A stretch of 64,000 nt of DNA from contig CM000434.1 of assembly GCA_000165345.1 (NCBI GenBank), forward strand, positions 832,001 to 896,000, in the 5' to 3' direction. A model generated the notes under the pieces. It saw only the letters and a list, made by a program, of their open reading frames with translations. It searched no databases and had not been told where the DNA came from. The translations under genes and the position numbers were made by a program. The number at the start of each line of letters is the position of its first letter. Positions within the stretch are counted from its first letter, which is position 1. Positions 1-11,580 of this stretch are shown piece by piece.

Positions 1-69
1 TTCATAAATTTACGGAGAATTATATTGTCCAAAAAAGTGGAATATGAAGAACTACAGCAAAGGAAAATT
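1..69 (+). CDS. Possible 3' end of an upstream gene running off the window (...LRRIILSKKVEYEELQQRKI*, TGA at 67-69)
   Basis: Frame 1 is open from the window edge to the stop. Composition is plausible, but I recognise no homology. Confidence 0.2.
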
Positions 70-130
70 TGATTTGGAAGTTTTATCAGGAAAAAAACAC
101 TGAGGGGGATGGCTTTCCCGAAAATAAATA

Positions 131-138
131 GGCGCCAT
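131..138. promoter_or_regulatory. E2F-like GGCGCCAT site
   Basis: aggcgccat lies between the upstream gene end and tRNA-Gln. Confidence 0.3.
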
Positions 139-163
139 AAAGACAAAAAAAAAGTGGAAATAC

Positions 164-234
164 AGGAGCTACTGGGAATCGAACCCAGGCTACCGGAATC
201 AAAATCCGGGGTCCTACCGCTAGACTATAGCTCC
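164..234 (-). tRNA. tRNA-Gln (anticodon UUG)
   Basis: The reverse complement ggagctatagtctagcggtaggaccccggattttgattccggtagcctgggttcgattcccagtagctcc folds as a cloverleaf. The 7-bp acceptor stem pairs, the anticodon stem is ccgga/tccgg, the loop is ttTTGat, and the T-arm is gggttcgattccc. Confidence 0.85.
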
Positions 235-487
235 TTACGCCGCTATGGTGATTTTATAAAGAGTTAATCTATACAAATCAAAATATTAAGCTTAATAAAA
301 CTCAGATAAATTTTTGTTCAAGAAGGAAATTAACAAGGCATTCTATTTAAAGATTAATAAATAGATTATTCAATTAAATATTTTGGAAAATAAACGAAGT
401 TTAAAAAAATTTTTGATGAACTATTATGGAAGAAAATGATCAATGTTAAGTTTTGAGAGATAAAAGTATTAAGAAATAAATAAATAT

Positions 488-3220
488 TTAGTAGTTACTA
501 TATAAAAGTGGGTTAGATACAGTCTTTGCATTAATTGGAGTGAATCTGAACCAAAAAGGCATCCAAGGAGTAATTCCAAAAGAAGAAGAATCTAGTATTA
601 ATACATCAGCATGCGTCCTGACTTGTGTATGTGTGGGATTATAAAGAGGATTTACAAGCTCTTTGTGGAATATTATAGAGGAATTTAGAGAAAGAAGGGA
701 TTCAACTTGGCCATTATCCAGATTACCTTTAGAATTATTCTTAATAGAATACATTATTGTATCCCATAAAGAAACCGTCGAATTTCTAGAATCTATACAA
801 AATCTCTCATACTCATTATCACAATGAAAATTCCCAAATAAACTATTATTTAAGTGATCAGCAATAATAATTAATAGGTTTGGATGAAATTGGAATTCTG
901 TTGGAAACTGATTATAGCATTGGTAAACACAATCTAACCATTGGATAAATATTGGAGATCTTTCTGACTCGTTTTCTAAACAAGATTCTTTGCCAGGAGT
1001 ACCAGATCTGGAATGAAATTTGTGACCAGAAAGTATGAATTCTTTTTCTATAAGTGAAAGAAATCCCTGAATTGTTCTGTAATAAGGGTCCATACAAAGC
1101 ATTGCAAGTGCTGTTAGTTGTGAAGTTCTATCCCATCCATCACTACAATGTACCAAAACTCCTTTTTCCCTAATCAAATGATCAACAATCTTATTTGATG
1201 ATGCAAGGATCATACTAATTAAGTCATACCAGCCTGTTGAATCTATTTCTGAAATCAACTTTAATCCCGTTAAATTCTCTGAATTATTCATTCTATTCAA
1301 AGAAGCAAGTACTGATTGAGCTTGAACAGAACTGATATCTCCTTGGTTAAGTAAATTCATCACTTTCTCAAAATTAGCATTACCAACACTCAAATCTTGA
1401 TTTGATGAAGTTTTTTGAATTACTGAAACCAACTTATTCCAAGAATCACGAACCTTATGGATATTTTCAATATTCAAAAACTCTAATTTACAATTGGTAT
1501 AATGATCAATATTCTCAAATCCAGCTCCTGTTGCTTTATTAGCAAATGCATTCAATTTTGGTCTAGCATCCAGTATTGCAAAAGGTCTTTCTTCTTTTGG
1601 GTCTCCATTATTTTTGTAAAAGCTGGAAATGGTTGTTATCATCATCTCGTCCTCAATACATCTTTTAAACGCAGATTTTGGCTGACTAGACCTCCATAGA
1701 GTGCACTTTAAATCTGGGTTTGTCCAGCTTAAAATTGGTATTCTTCCCTTTGATCTAAATGCTGCTACTTTAATTAGTTGTGAATCGGATATGTTTTCAG
1801 GAACCACAATTATTCTTGGGTATGAAGAACAAAGCTCGAAGTTTTGATTCACATTTGTGAATCTTAAAGGAAATCTTGAAGTATTTTCATTAATTAAACC
1901 TGATGATATTGGAACTCCTTGTCTATTATATTCTTTCAAAATATCAAACTCAAAAATCCCATTAATTGAAGAAAATAATGGTAAACTCTCAAAATTCTCC
2001 CTAAAAGTATACGAAAACAAGTTTTTATGCAAAGTCTCGTTCAGAATATTTTGAATACTATTTTGAATTAGCTTTTTGTCTTGCTCAGAGCTTACTATTA
2101 GAATTTGGATCGATCTCAAATCTTTGGTTGAAATATCCAATGTGTAAGTACAACTTTTGGAATTCATATTTATTTGGCCATTCTGCCCAATTCCTGAACC
2201 TCCAATTGTTGTACCTAATGACCCTACTAGATTCAAGTTATTTCCAATATATTGTCCTGGAATTGTATGGTTATTACTGCCTTCTGTGTTTACTCCATTA
2301 TTATCATTACCAGAAATCAAAGAGCTAACCCCAATCTGAGTTATTGAATGAATTGGAATATGAAGAAAGCCTGATTTGTACATCCAAGATACTGAAAATC
2401 TTTTTACTATTGTCAATGCTTTATTGTTAATATTCTTTTGGAAAAGAGGAGCAAGAATTATTCTAAAGTTTGTCATAATGAAGGATCCAAAAATAGGACC
2501 TACCAGACCTTGAGCAGAAATTCCACACTCTTTACTAAATAACAACAACTTTTCACCAGGAAGAAGTATAATACTCATATTTTTAGTTATATTCTCCGCA
2601 TCAGCCTCACAAATTTCCAGACTTGTATTTGATATTGGACCTTTATTATTATGAATCTTGGAAAGGATCTCTGACCATCTGGATAGATCCTGAGCCTTTT
2701 GATTATTGCTATTACTCACTATCATATTCGAAGTGGTTTCTCTTAATGCATTCTGTATTTGAGAACTAATATTCTGCGTTACTGTGTTTGCTAAAGAAGA
2801 AAATAAACCTGAAACACTTGTGGATGTTCTTAAATTTGAACTGGATTTATTAATATTTGTTGTGGGGTTACTGATATTACTTCGGCTCTCTGGTACTATT
2901 GTTGGAGAAGCTAGCATAGGCTTAACTTCAACTGATCTTCCTTGTGTGCTTGGAAATGGATCAAATAATGAAAGATCTTCTAAAGTTTTATTCAACGGCT
3001 TTTTATCCATATCAAAGTTCTGATATTGTGAATTTAAGTTATTATTATCTCTACCTTCAAAACAATCATTCAAGGATGAAACCTGCTTGTATATTGAAAG
3101 AGGATCATTACCAGCTTCTAATGACTGAAGATTTATTTCTTCACTCCCCTTATACACTGAGTTATATAATCTATCAGTGGAGTCATTTTCAGTACTAATA
3201 CTTCCTAATTCCCCATTCAT
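488..3220 (-). CDS. Myotubularin-related phosphoinositide 3-phosphatase
   Basis: The CX5R active-site motif VHCSDGWDRTSQ is present, within a long Asn/Ser-rich N-terminal region. The track ORF starts on TTG at 3259; the first ATG (MNGELGS) is at 3220. Confidence 0.85.
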   Translation of the reverse strand: MNGELGSISTENDSTDRLYNSVYKGSEEINLQSLEAGNDPLSIYKQVSSLNDCFEGRDNNNLNSQYQNFDMDKKPLNKTLEDLSLFDPFPSTQGRSVEVKPMLASPTIVPESRSNISNPTTNINKSSSNLRTSTSVSGLFSSLANTVTQNISSQIQNALRETTSNMIVSNSNNQKAQDLSRWSEILSKIHNNKGPISNTSLEICEADAENITKNMSIILLPGEKLLLFSKECGISAQGLVGPIFGSFIMTNFRIILAPLFQKNINNKALTIVKRFSVSWMYKSGFLHIPIHSITQIGVSSLISGNDNNGVNTEGSNNHTIPGQYIGNNLNLVGSLGTTIGGSGIGQNGQINMNSKSCTYTLDISTKDLRSIQILIVSSEQDKKLIQNSIQNILNETLHKNLFSYTFRENFESLPLFSSINGIFEFDILKEYNRQGVPISSGLINENTSRFPLRFTNVNQNFELCSSYPRIIVVPENISDSQLIKVAAFRSKGRIPILSWTNPDLKCTLWRSSQPKSAFKRCIEDEMMITTISSFYKNNGDPKEERPFAILDARPKLNAFANKATGAGFENIDHYTNCKLEFLNIENIHKVRDSWNKLVSVIQKTSSNQDLSVGNANFEKVMNLLNQGDISSVQAQSVLASLNRMNNSENLTGLKLISEIDSTGWYDLISMILASSNKIVDHLIREKGVLVHCSDGWDRTSQLTALAMLCMDPYYRTIQGFLSLIEKEFILSGHKFHSRSGTPGKESCLENESERSPIFIQWLDCVYQCYNQFPTEFQFHPNLLIIIADHLNNSLFGNFHCDNEYERFCIDSRNSTVSLWDTIMYSIKNNSKGNLDNGQVESLLSLNSSIIFHKELVNPLYNPTHTQVRTHADVLILDSSSFGITPWMPFWFRFTPINAKTVSNPLLYSNY

Positions 3221-3500
3221 ATTGTATGAATTATTTAGAATTATAAATACCAATATCAATTACTTATTACAATAAGAAGCAACAAAAAGATTTCAAGATT
3301 TGGTGGATTCTTCTTTATCCTAAATTAGATTACTTTTCCACTCTTCTTATATCATTCAAGTCACCCTGAACCTCATCAAACAATATATTCAATTTCCCTA
3401 ACTCTTTAAATCATTCAGCAAATTCTTTAATCCGCACTTCATCTATTATTGAAAGTTATACTTTATATGTTAATACAAGAATATTATTAATTAACCATAT

Positions 3501-3508
3501 TGGCGCCA
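3501..3508. promoter_or_regulatory. E2F-like TGGCGCCA site in a divergent promoter
   Basis: attggcgccataac lies between the divergent myotubularin and Derlin starts. ataccggtaatgacgtg follows at 3586-3602. Confidence 0.4.
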
Positions 3509-3675
3509 TAACTCCCCTTAGAAATTGAGAATATTTTTATTATAGGGGGAAAAATGGCAAAGTAAAAAAAAAAAAAAAAGTTATATACCGGTAATGACGT
3601 GTTAATTTTTTTTGAGAAATTATATTAAAAAAATAAAATTGCTTAAAAAGACCAGAATTATTATAAAAGGAAAAT

Positions 3676-4503
3676 ATGTTCAATGATTCATCTCCACAAG
3701 GTTGGTATAAGAACTTACCTCCAATCACGAGGAGTATCCTCACAATAACATTTTTTTCAACTTTATTAATAACTTTTGGTATGTTGAATCCATGGTATAT
3801 TCTCTTTGATTGGGAGTACATTTTTCGCAAGGCACAAATTTGGAGATTCCTCACAAGCTTCTTTTTTGTGGGTCCATTTAGTATTGGATGGATTATGAGC
3901 CAATGGATGTTTACATCATTTTCATCAAAATTAGAGAGAAGTGGGTCGGTTGGTTCCTCATCTGGGTCTTATTTGTATTTTATATTGATTTTAATGACAG
4001 GAATTAACATAATAGGTACTGCTTTTGATTACCCCACAGGAAGAAAAATTGGAGGCTCTTCATTGATTTTTGGTATAATTTATTACTGGAGTAAGAAATT
4101 CCCAACTTCTTTGGTAAGTATTTGGGGATTCACTTTGCAAGCTTATCAGTTACCATATGCATTGTTATTTTTGGATGTTTTGACTGGTAACTCTTTGATT
4201 GACGATTTGATTGGATTATTAGCTGGACATTCTTATTACTATATTAGAGATATTATATATGAGAATAACGCAAATAACTTCTTAGCCAGAACTCCAAAGC
4301 ATTTTGACAAATTTGTTGACTACTCTTCTTTACTGATTAAGAACTATGTCTATGACTTTTCATCTTTAAATGGCCATCCTAATGTAATTAACTATCCAAA
4401 TTCAAATGTAAATAGAGCTGGTTCTTCTTACAATCCATTTTCAGGAAACTCTGCTCAACCTAGAGCCTTTTCAGGAAGGGGATTTAGGCTGGGTTCAGAT
4501 TAA
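3676..4503 (+). CDS. DER1: Derlin (Der1-like ERAD membrane protein)
   Basis: N-terminus WYKNLPPITR, four TM helices and a C-terminal GRGFRLGSD closely parallel Derlin-1. The start ATG is verified. Confidence 0.85.
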   Translation: MFNDSSPQGWYKNLPPITRSILTITFFSTLLITFGMLNPWYILFDWEYIFRKAQIWRFLTSFFFVGPFSIGWIMSQWMFTSFSSKLERSGSVGSSSGSYLYFILILMTGINIIGTAFDYPTGRKIGGSSLIFGIIYYWSKKFPTSLVSIWGFTLQAYQLPYALLFLDVLTGNSLIDDLIGLLAGHSYYYIRDIIYENNANNFLARTPKHFDKFVDYSSLLIKNYVYDFSSLNGHPNVINYPNSNVNRAGSSYNPFSGNSAQPRAFSGRGFRLGSD

Positions 4504-4851
4504 GCTCAGAAAAGTTGAACTAGAAGATATATAAGTTAGTATTTTCTTACCATAGTATGGCTTTCCTTTATTATTTTAACTGCTAGTTTATAAATCTAAT
4601 ATAATTTTACATCCTAGTTATATATGTATATGATTATTTCAATCGATAAGAATTTGAAGATACAGGAGGAGAGAAACAATGAAGAAGAAAAAGGTGATCG
4701 TTTTCTAGATAATTATTTAGTTGCTATTAGCCGAGTAGAATTTTGCATTGATAGTATTGATATATAAATAATTCAATAGATCTATATACCCAATTAAGGG
4801 AACACAAGACTCCATCGAATAAATTAACTACTCTCTTCATCAATCTTTCTT

Positions 4852-6120
4852 TTATACTGTCCTGGTAGCTTTTTCATATAAAACATCAACGACATTTGAA
4901 AGATTGTCGAATGTAGAGATAAGTTCAGGAATCTTTAAATTAGAATTCTGATTCTCATCATAGATAGTAAGAACTTCAGTTCTTTGATCAATATTTCCCT
5001 GAATCAACTTGTTTAAAATCATTTCAATAACCTTGGAATAAACTCTTTCGGAAGAAAGATTGAGGAATAAAGCAAGTTGAGAGATTTCAATGTGTGAATA
5101 AGATTCCAAAATTCTTAAAATATTCTGTTCCATCAAACTTTCATACAAGTTATTAATATGTCTGTGAATGACCATATCACTGCTTAACTCGGTTTCATAA
5201 TTCTTTAAAACATCCTCGAACATACTAAGAGATCTATTTTCGCAGCAAGATGCAACCATTCTCAAGGCTTCAATCTCTCTCATCTGGAACTTAACTTTAT
5301 TTTTACCAGAAAGTAGAGAAGCTAAATTATTGGTTTGTTGGGACATGATCTTTGATAACAACATATACTTTAATGATTGCAAGGCTCTTTCATCATTTGC
5401 AATATTAAATGCCTCGAAAGCTTCATAAAAGTACGAGAATGATGTCTTAAAATCTTCTTCATCAGCAAGTATAATGCCAGATTGTAGATCTATATCAGCC
5501 TGTAAGAGAGGAGGACAGTGAATGGAGTTTGCATTAGTTCTAGCTGCTGTCAAAGCTGCCTTAGACTTGGGTAAGTTACGAATTCTATACTCAAGTTTAC
5601 TTTCTATCAAATAAGCCTCCACTAATAGAATCTTATCGTCAACCTTTTTAACTTCTTTAATCAACTTTTCAATATAGTCTAAACCTTTAACAAATTGACT
5701 AGAGTTCAAATAAACCATTGCTAAACGAGCAGTAATTCTATGTCTCAAGAATGTACGCTTCTCTTCTAAGCACCATTCAATACACTCCAAACAAAGTTGT
5801 TCTTGTAGTTTTTCGGTATCTGGAATTTTTGACATCATATCCATTAGATTTCGAATAATCTTTGCAACTCTAGCTTTTGGTAGTCCACCAATTATTGGTC
5901 TAATAGTTTTAATAAGCTCTTTCAATTCATTTGCCATGCCTTGTTTCATATATATTTCTCCTAATGTATAGATTGCCTGCTCTTGAATTTTGGTTCCATC
6001 TTCTATTTCATCCAAGTTGTCTTTTTTAATCAATTCGATTAATATTGGAATTGATAATTTGAAGTCTGTCTCCATCAGAGACTTTGCCTTCTCAAAATCA
6101 TCCTTAATACTTATTTCCAT
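4852..6120 (-). CDS. RPN6: 26S proteasome regulatory subunit RPN6 / PSMD11 (PCI domain)
   Basis: 422 aa with a TPR-like helical repeat region and a C-terminal PCI/winged-helix region typical of Rpn6. The ATG is verified. Confidence 0.85.
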   Translation of the reverse strand: MEISIKDDFEKAKSLMETDFKLSIPILIELIKKDNLDEIEDGTKIQEQAIYTLGEIYMKQGMANELKELIKTIRPIIGGLPKARVAKIIRNLMDMMSKIPDTEKLQEQLCLECIEWCLEEKRTFLRHRITARLAMVYLNSSQFVKGLDYIEKLIKEVKKVDDKILLVEAYLIESKLEYRIRNLPKSKAALTAARTNANSIHCPPLLQADIDLQSGIILADEEDFKTSFSYFYEAFEAFNIANDERALQSLKYMLLSKIMSQQTNNLASLLSGKNKVKFQMREIEALRMVASCCENRSLSMFEDVLKNYETELSSDMVIHRHINNLYESLMEQNILRILESYSHIEISQLALFLNLSSERVYSKVIEMILNKLIQGNIDQRTEVLTIYDENQNSNLKIPELISTFDNLSNVVDVLYEKATRTV

Positions 6121-6375
6121 TATTACTACTCACTCAATCCCTAGTTTGTTTTTCTTTCTTCCTTTCAAATAAGGAGGGTGGCTTTTGGTGAAATCAAAAT
6201 TTGAATTTGTCGCACCTTCTTACTTGTCAAACTTTAAGAGTTGATTCTCAAATTAATGTATGAAATTATTAATTTAAAAAAAAAATTGTCGTTTTAAATA
6301 ATAATTTTGTATTTTTCCCCCTTTATTATTATGTTACAATTATTCTCTTCTTGAACTTATTAGCTTAGATGCATA

Positions 6376-6389
6376 TTGGGCGCGCCCAA
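6376..6389. promoter_or_regulatory. Perfect 14-bp palindrome TTGGGCGCGCCCAA (E2F-like)
   Basis: Read directly in the RPN6 promoter region. Confidence 0.45.
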
Positions 6390-6582
6390 ATAACCCCACG
6401 AAATACATAAATGTGCTGTTCAATGAATATCGAAAATAGATTAACATGCCAGAATAAATGTGATATTATAACTTTAGCTTCATTGAATAATTTGAATACG
6501 AAATGTGTCATTATTATTATTGAATTATATTGAAAGTTTGCTATAAGTGTTGTATGTATAAATATTTTGATGAAAAAAGAAA

Positions 6583-7332
6583 ATGAAATTCCAAAGTGAG
6601 AAAAATGAGGAAAATAAAGAAAGCATAAATAAGTCATCTTCAGCATTGATAAACTCATTAAGAAACCAAATTAATAAAGTATCAGCCTTGAATAAATTTC
6701 GCTTCATAAATAGTAATAAAAAGCCACTTGAAAATGAAGTCCAAATAAGTGATATTGCAGATAAAATTCGCAATAAGATCTCAATAAATAAGTTAAACAA
6801 GAGTCCAGGGCTTGAGCATACAAACAATAAGTATTCTGAAGAAATTGGAGGCGCTTATTCACCATTTAGAAAGAGAAATAAAAATAATGAAAAATATTCC
6901 TTGCAAAATAAAATGTCAAATTTTGAACAAACCAGATCAGAACTTGAGAATCTCTTACTTTATAATATCAACAAGCTGCGTCATGAGAGAATTAAGCTGA
7001 AAAACTGCCAAATGAATAAAAATAATAGTCATGATGAGAATGAAATTCTATTTCCAAATATTTATACACCTCTATCTTCAATGAAGTTTATGAATATCCA
7101 AGAATTATTTTTGTTTCTTTCATTGTTTTATCATAATTACCAAAGAGAGTGGATCTTACCATTATTAAATAACTTGAAAAATCTCGAAATAATCTTTTTC
7201 ACCCCAGAAAGTACTTCATCTTCATACTCTTCAACAATAATTACAGGTAGATACACTAAAATTTTAAATGAGGAATATTTGTTTTCAAGCAATGCACCAA
7301 TTTCAAAACTGATTTTAAATTCCGCAAAGTAA
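6583..7332 (+). CDS. Hypothetical Lys/Asn-rich protein (249 aa)
   Basis: Long ORF with ATG verified and no domain recognised. It ends in GCAAAG|GTAAGT, so a short 3' intron (7327-7420, acceptor TTATTTAAG) and a further small exon are possible. Confidence 0.4.
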   Translation: MKFQSEKNEENKESINKSSSALINSLRNQINKVSALNKFRFINSNKKPLENEVQISDIADKIRNKISINKLNKSPGLEHTNNKYSEEIGGAYSPFRKRNKNNEKYSLQNKMSNFEQTRSELENLLLYNINKLRHERIKLKNCQMNKNNSHDENEILFPNIYTPLSSMKFMNIQELFLFLSLFYHNYQREWILPLLNNLKNLEIIFFTPESTSSSYSSTIITGRYTKILNEEYLFSSNAPISKLILNSAK

Positions 7333-7783
7333 GTTACATTTATTAATTCCACTTTATAGCTTAATGCTTACTTAAAATTTCCTGAATAAATATTAATTTA
7401 TCTTTTATTTAAGGTGGCAAAAGGTTTCAAAAATTATAGAATCAGAAAATATTCAAGATTTCTCAACTGCTGTGTTTATATTTATTAACCCAAATATAAT
7501 TCAAACAAGTGAATGTGTATTTATCTCATCAGGTCTTTTCTTCATTTGCAACTTTGCACACCTCTTAACTTGTTTTGTTAGCAAGTAAAACACTAGAAAT
7601 TGTCGAACTTGGTCTTTTACCAACATTTAATATTATTTGTCTACTTCAACTTTTATTTACTCTTTTTTTAATTATTAATACTATTTCTATTTCAAAAATA
7701 TTTTGTCCACATGAAATTTATTAATTTTCACACATACCGGTACTAAATATTTCTGATGACGTGTATAATTTTTTTTAATAAGT

Positions 7784-7848
7784 TTGCATGTGGAAATTGT
7801 CATACCGGTATATGCAATTACTATTATGTGTGGAAAAATTGCATGTAA
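7784..7848. promoter_or_regulatory. Motif module (TGCATG ... ATACCGGTAT ... TGCATG) upstream of the WD40 gene
   Basis: tgcatgtggaaattgtcataccggtatatgcaat...attgcatgtaag, with a second cataccggtac at 7735-7746. Confidence 0.4.
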
Positions 7849-8366
7849 GAAGTAGATGTTTAGAAGTGGTTGCATTGATGAATTTTAAATATTAAAAATA
7901 TAATTTCGAGAGTTAATTAAAAAAAAATGCATATATAATAATAATAATTGTGGATGTAAATTTAATAAATAATGTTTCTTATTTATTATTGAATTGGCTA
8001 TAATCCAGAAAATAATCTACAATAAGTGAAATTGAGAAGAAAGTAACCTATGCTTAAAAAATACAAGTAAAAAAGTAAATAATTTGAATCAAGGGTAATA
8101 ACTAAAAATCAACAAATAATCATTTTTATCTACCCTTATATATTGCAAGAGATTCATTAATATTGATCGACTCATAATATTTAATATTAGCAAATCGGAA
8201 TTTTTTTTTATTCCATAATTCTAAAATGGTAATTAATTGCCTTTTTTAGACTGGGCGGGAAGTCGAAATATTATTTAAAGTTTAAGCTTGACATTAAGAA
8301 AAAAAAATTTGGATTTGGTGTTATTTAGGAAAAAGTTGTGAGAATTTGTTTGTTTAAGTACTAAAG

Positions 8367-9725
8367 ATGGATATGGAAATAGATTCAAATATTTCAGATG
8401 AAGAATATACTGGAATGGATGAAGATCCAGTATTGATAGTATCTGGAGATGAGCTTGATAGGTAAGTTAAAAGAAAATAACATTAGAACTTGATTAATAT
8501 TAAAATCGCACTAAATAAAACTTTTAGGGATGATGAAGATGAGGAAATGCCACTCTTTGATGTTCCTGATGAATCATCAGCTACAATCTTATCAATTGAT
8601 TCTCCAATTTGCTGTATAGATATAGATCCTACAAGAAGAGGTCGAATATTATTCGGAGGATGTGACGATAAAGCATATGTATCAAATTTACCAGAAAATC
8701 CTGTCTATTCTAGTGAGCAGGGAACTGAGAGACTTAACTTAGGTTTTGAAAAAGTATTTCAAGGTCATTCAGATACAGTTTCATGCGTTTCTTATTCAAC
8801 GGATGGAAAATATTTTGCAACAGGAGGTTGTGATGGAACTATAAGAGTTTATGGTAATGAAGTTTCAAATGAAGGCCAACTTATTTCAATTCTGGAGGGT
8901 CCATCTGATGAGCTTGAATTCATAAGGTGGCATCCGCGTGGACCATGTATATTTGGAGGTGGAGTAGATGGAACAGGATGGCTATGGATGGCTCCTGATG
9001 GAAGAGTATTATCTGTACTTTCTGGTCATGGAGATAGTATTACATGCGGAGATTTTAGTAATGAAGGTAAAATAGTTTGCACAGGATCTCTAGATGGAAG
9101 CGTAATTATTTGGAATCCAAAAAATGGAGAAAGTTTGCACAAAATTACAAGAAATAGTTTTGTTAATAACGCAGGTGACTCATCTTATTTAGAGGAATTG
9201 GGTATAGTTTCAATGAGAAGTCACAAAAAGAATCCGTTACTTGCTGTTGGGTTTACTAATGGTTTATTTTCTCTAATTCAACCTGATACTGGCAAAGTTC
9301 TAAGCTTAAACAACAGACATCATGATTCTCTAGATTGCATTGAATTCATTAATCATTTAGAAGATCCTCTGTTAGCTACTGGAGATATGTCTGGAGAATT
9401 AATTGTTTGGAATTATGAATACAATAGAGAAAATTTTGTAATGAAGAATCAGGAATTGGAACATTCAAATGGAGTCTTGCCTGGTATTACTAGTATATGC
9501 TGGGGTGGAGATAGAAACAATACCTTAATTGCAACGGGGTGTTTAGATGGAACTATTAGATTATGGGACTTTAGAACAGGAGAAAATGTTAAAATTCTTA
9601 AAGGGCATAAAAGTGGAATATTATCCATGAAAATCGTAGAATTCGGTTTTCAAGGAACCAACGTATTAAGGATGGTATCTACAGGAGATGATGGAAGATG
9701 CTTACTTTGGGATGTAAGAATGTAA
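8367..9725 (+). CDS. WD40-repeat protein (AAMP-like), 2 exons: 8367-8461 and 8528-9725
   Basis: The exon 1 ATG lies in an acidic leader (MDMEIDSNISDEEYTGMDEDPVLIVSGDELD). Donor GTAAGT is at 8462 and acceptor TTTTAG ends at 8527 (66-nt intron). The splice is in-frame with the track ORF 8490-9725, which contains multiple WD repeats (GH...WD). Confidence 0.75.
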
Positions 9726-9790
9726 TAAGGAAAAAAAACAAGATTCAAATCATAATAATTTTAAAAGTGACTAAATTCTGTCTATAATCA

Positions 9791-10981
9791 TTAACAAATT
9801 ATCTTTAATACATCTTGAAGAGCTTTTGTATACTGGTTTAAGGCCTGGACAATGTCATCATCTGCAGCTTCTCTATTTTGGGATTCTTTTGCAATATCGT
9901 TTTTTATGTGAGCAATCTCCTCAAGTACGAAGTTTTGGAATTTATCTTGAGTCTTTTCAATCTTATCTTTGAGCTGGTTAAAACTATCATTTATTGAACT
10001 CAAAACCATTTCTTTATTATTAACTTCTCTCCCAATCTCCTCCTCTACATGATTCTCAAGCTCCTTCAAGAACAGTTTCATTTGCTCCTCCTTTTCTTCT
10101 GCTATATTATATTCTCTCTCAGCAATTGACTTGGCATTCATTATTTCATTCACAAGACTTTGGTGCTTATGTTCGAATTCCTCAATTATTTGTGATTTTT
10201 CGCTCACCATCTCTTTCTCAATTACAGATAACCTTTCGTCCAAACTCTTGCAAGCTATAGAAAGCTGGTCCAATTTTCCAGAAAACACATCCTCTAATCT
10301 TTGTTGTATTGAAGACATTTGTTCCTCAAAATTTCTCTTCATGTTTGATTGGATTTCATTTCTTTGTTGGTTCTCAGCTTCTATGGCCTTCTTTAACTTC
10401 ATTGTATTCTCCTTTAATACTTGGAGCCTATTCTCCTCATATTCCCTTTTTTGGCGAGTATCATTTCTTAATTGTTTCTCTAACCCAAGTAATTGGCCTT
10501 GAATTTGTCCAAGCTTTTGTTTTGTTGATAGGGGAAGAGACGAATTACCGATTAAAGATGTAGGAGAATGAATAAGCCCGCTAGTACTTGTTTCTGCTAC
10601 AGTTATTGGACTCAAACTTGTTGTAGCAATTGATGTATTATTTGTTGAATTTAAATTACTAATGGTACCTCCTAATTGTTGAGAAAATAAAGCACTGAGA
10701 GACCCATTCTTTCTACCAAGTGAATTTTTTAAATTTGTCTGGTTCTGTTTTATGTTTCTACTTGATAAACTTAATTGCAAATGCTTTGGTGATTGTGAAG
10801 TTCCTCCTGTTTGGCTGTTAAATCCTGAAAGATTAAGATTCTCATTACCCACAACAACTTCATCAAGGTTTGTTGTAATATCCAAATTGGTCTTTATTTC
10901 GTTTACTGGTGCTACAATTCCTCCTGTTGATATTGTTAAAGACGACTTATTAATCAAATCCATTATTTCTTCTTTTAACAT
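9791..10981 (-). CDS. Coiled-coil protein with Ser/Thr/Asn-rich N-terminus (hypothetical)
   Basis: 396 aa with heptad-like Glu/Lys/Gln-rich C-terminal two-thirds. The ATG is verified. Confidence 0.6.
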   Translation of the reverse strand: MLKEEIMDLINKSSLTISTGGIVAPVNEIKTNLDITTNLDEVVVGNENLNLSGFNSQTGGTSQSPKHLQLSLSSRNIKQNQTNLKNSLGRKNGSLSALFSQQLGGTISNLNSTNNTSIATTSLSPITVAETSTSGLIHSPTSLIGNSSLPLSTKQKLGQIQGQLLGLEKQLRNDTRQKREYEENRLQVLKENTMKLKKAIEAENQQRNEIQSNMKRNFEEQMSSIQQRLEDVFSGKLDQLSIACKSLDERLSVIEKEMVSEKSQIIEEFEHKHQSLVNEIMNAKSIAEREYNIAEEKEEQMKLFLKELENHVEEEIGREVNNKEMVLSSINDSFNQLKDKIEKTQDKFQNFVLEEIAHIKNDIAKESQNREAADDDIVQALNQYTKALQDVLKIIC

Positions 10982-11580
10982 TATTCAAAATTCCAATTAA
11001 TCAATCAATTTTAAATTCCACATACAATTCACACACACTAAGTGCATCACAAAATAATAAACACTCAAGTACCTCACAATTAATACGTCTATTCAAGTCT
11101 TATTCCAAAGTTATAATATTTAATGTGAATACTAACTATTTGGATGATCCACTCGTGTTAATAAACCAATCAAATCCGAAAAATGTTTCAATAATATTCC
11201 TTTTCAGCTCTTTTTATTATGTAATTATTCCTATTCCATCCTTCTATTCCAGTATTATAGAAGAAACTAAATTTAATACAAGGATTTTCCTTATATATTA
11301 ATCCTTTTATTAAACCAATTTTTCTATTACAAGCATTGGCGCCTAATTCTCATTCATACAAAAAGAATTTACTCTATAAAAAATTAATATATAATACTAA
11401 ATTATAACAGATTCAAGATTCACAGCTTAAAAAAAATCATCCTTTCCTCAAATGTTATCTGAGCTTCGATATCCTTGTTTCTTATTCAACTAAGAAAATC
11501 AACATTTATTCACTCCAGATAACTATTATATATACTTTCTTTATTCAGCCAAAATATGGCTGATTTCGAGATCTCACATA

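Noticed and set aside
912-2339. Track ORFs 912-1097(-), 1502-1699(+), 1857-2054(+), 2128-2328(+), 2157-2339(+), 2784-3198(+) inside the myotubularin gene
   Set aside because: These are alternative-frame or antisense ORFs embedded in a gene that has a clear catalytic motif on the other frame. In AT-rich DNA antisense strands readily stay open for 60-80 codons, and their products are low-complexity.
10131-11000. Plus-strand ORFs 10131-10502, 10309-10563, 10752-11000 inside the minus-strand coiled-coil gene
   Set aside because: These are antisense to a 396-aa ORF with a coherent coiled-coil composition. The fragments overlap each other in different frames.
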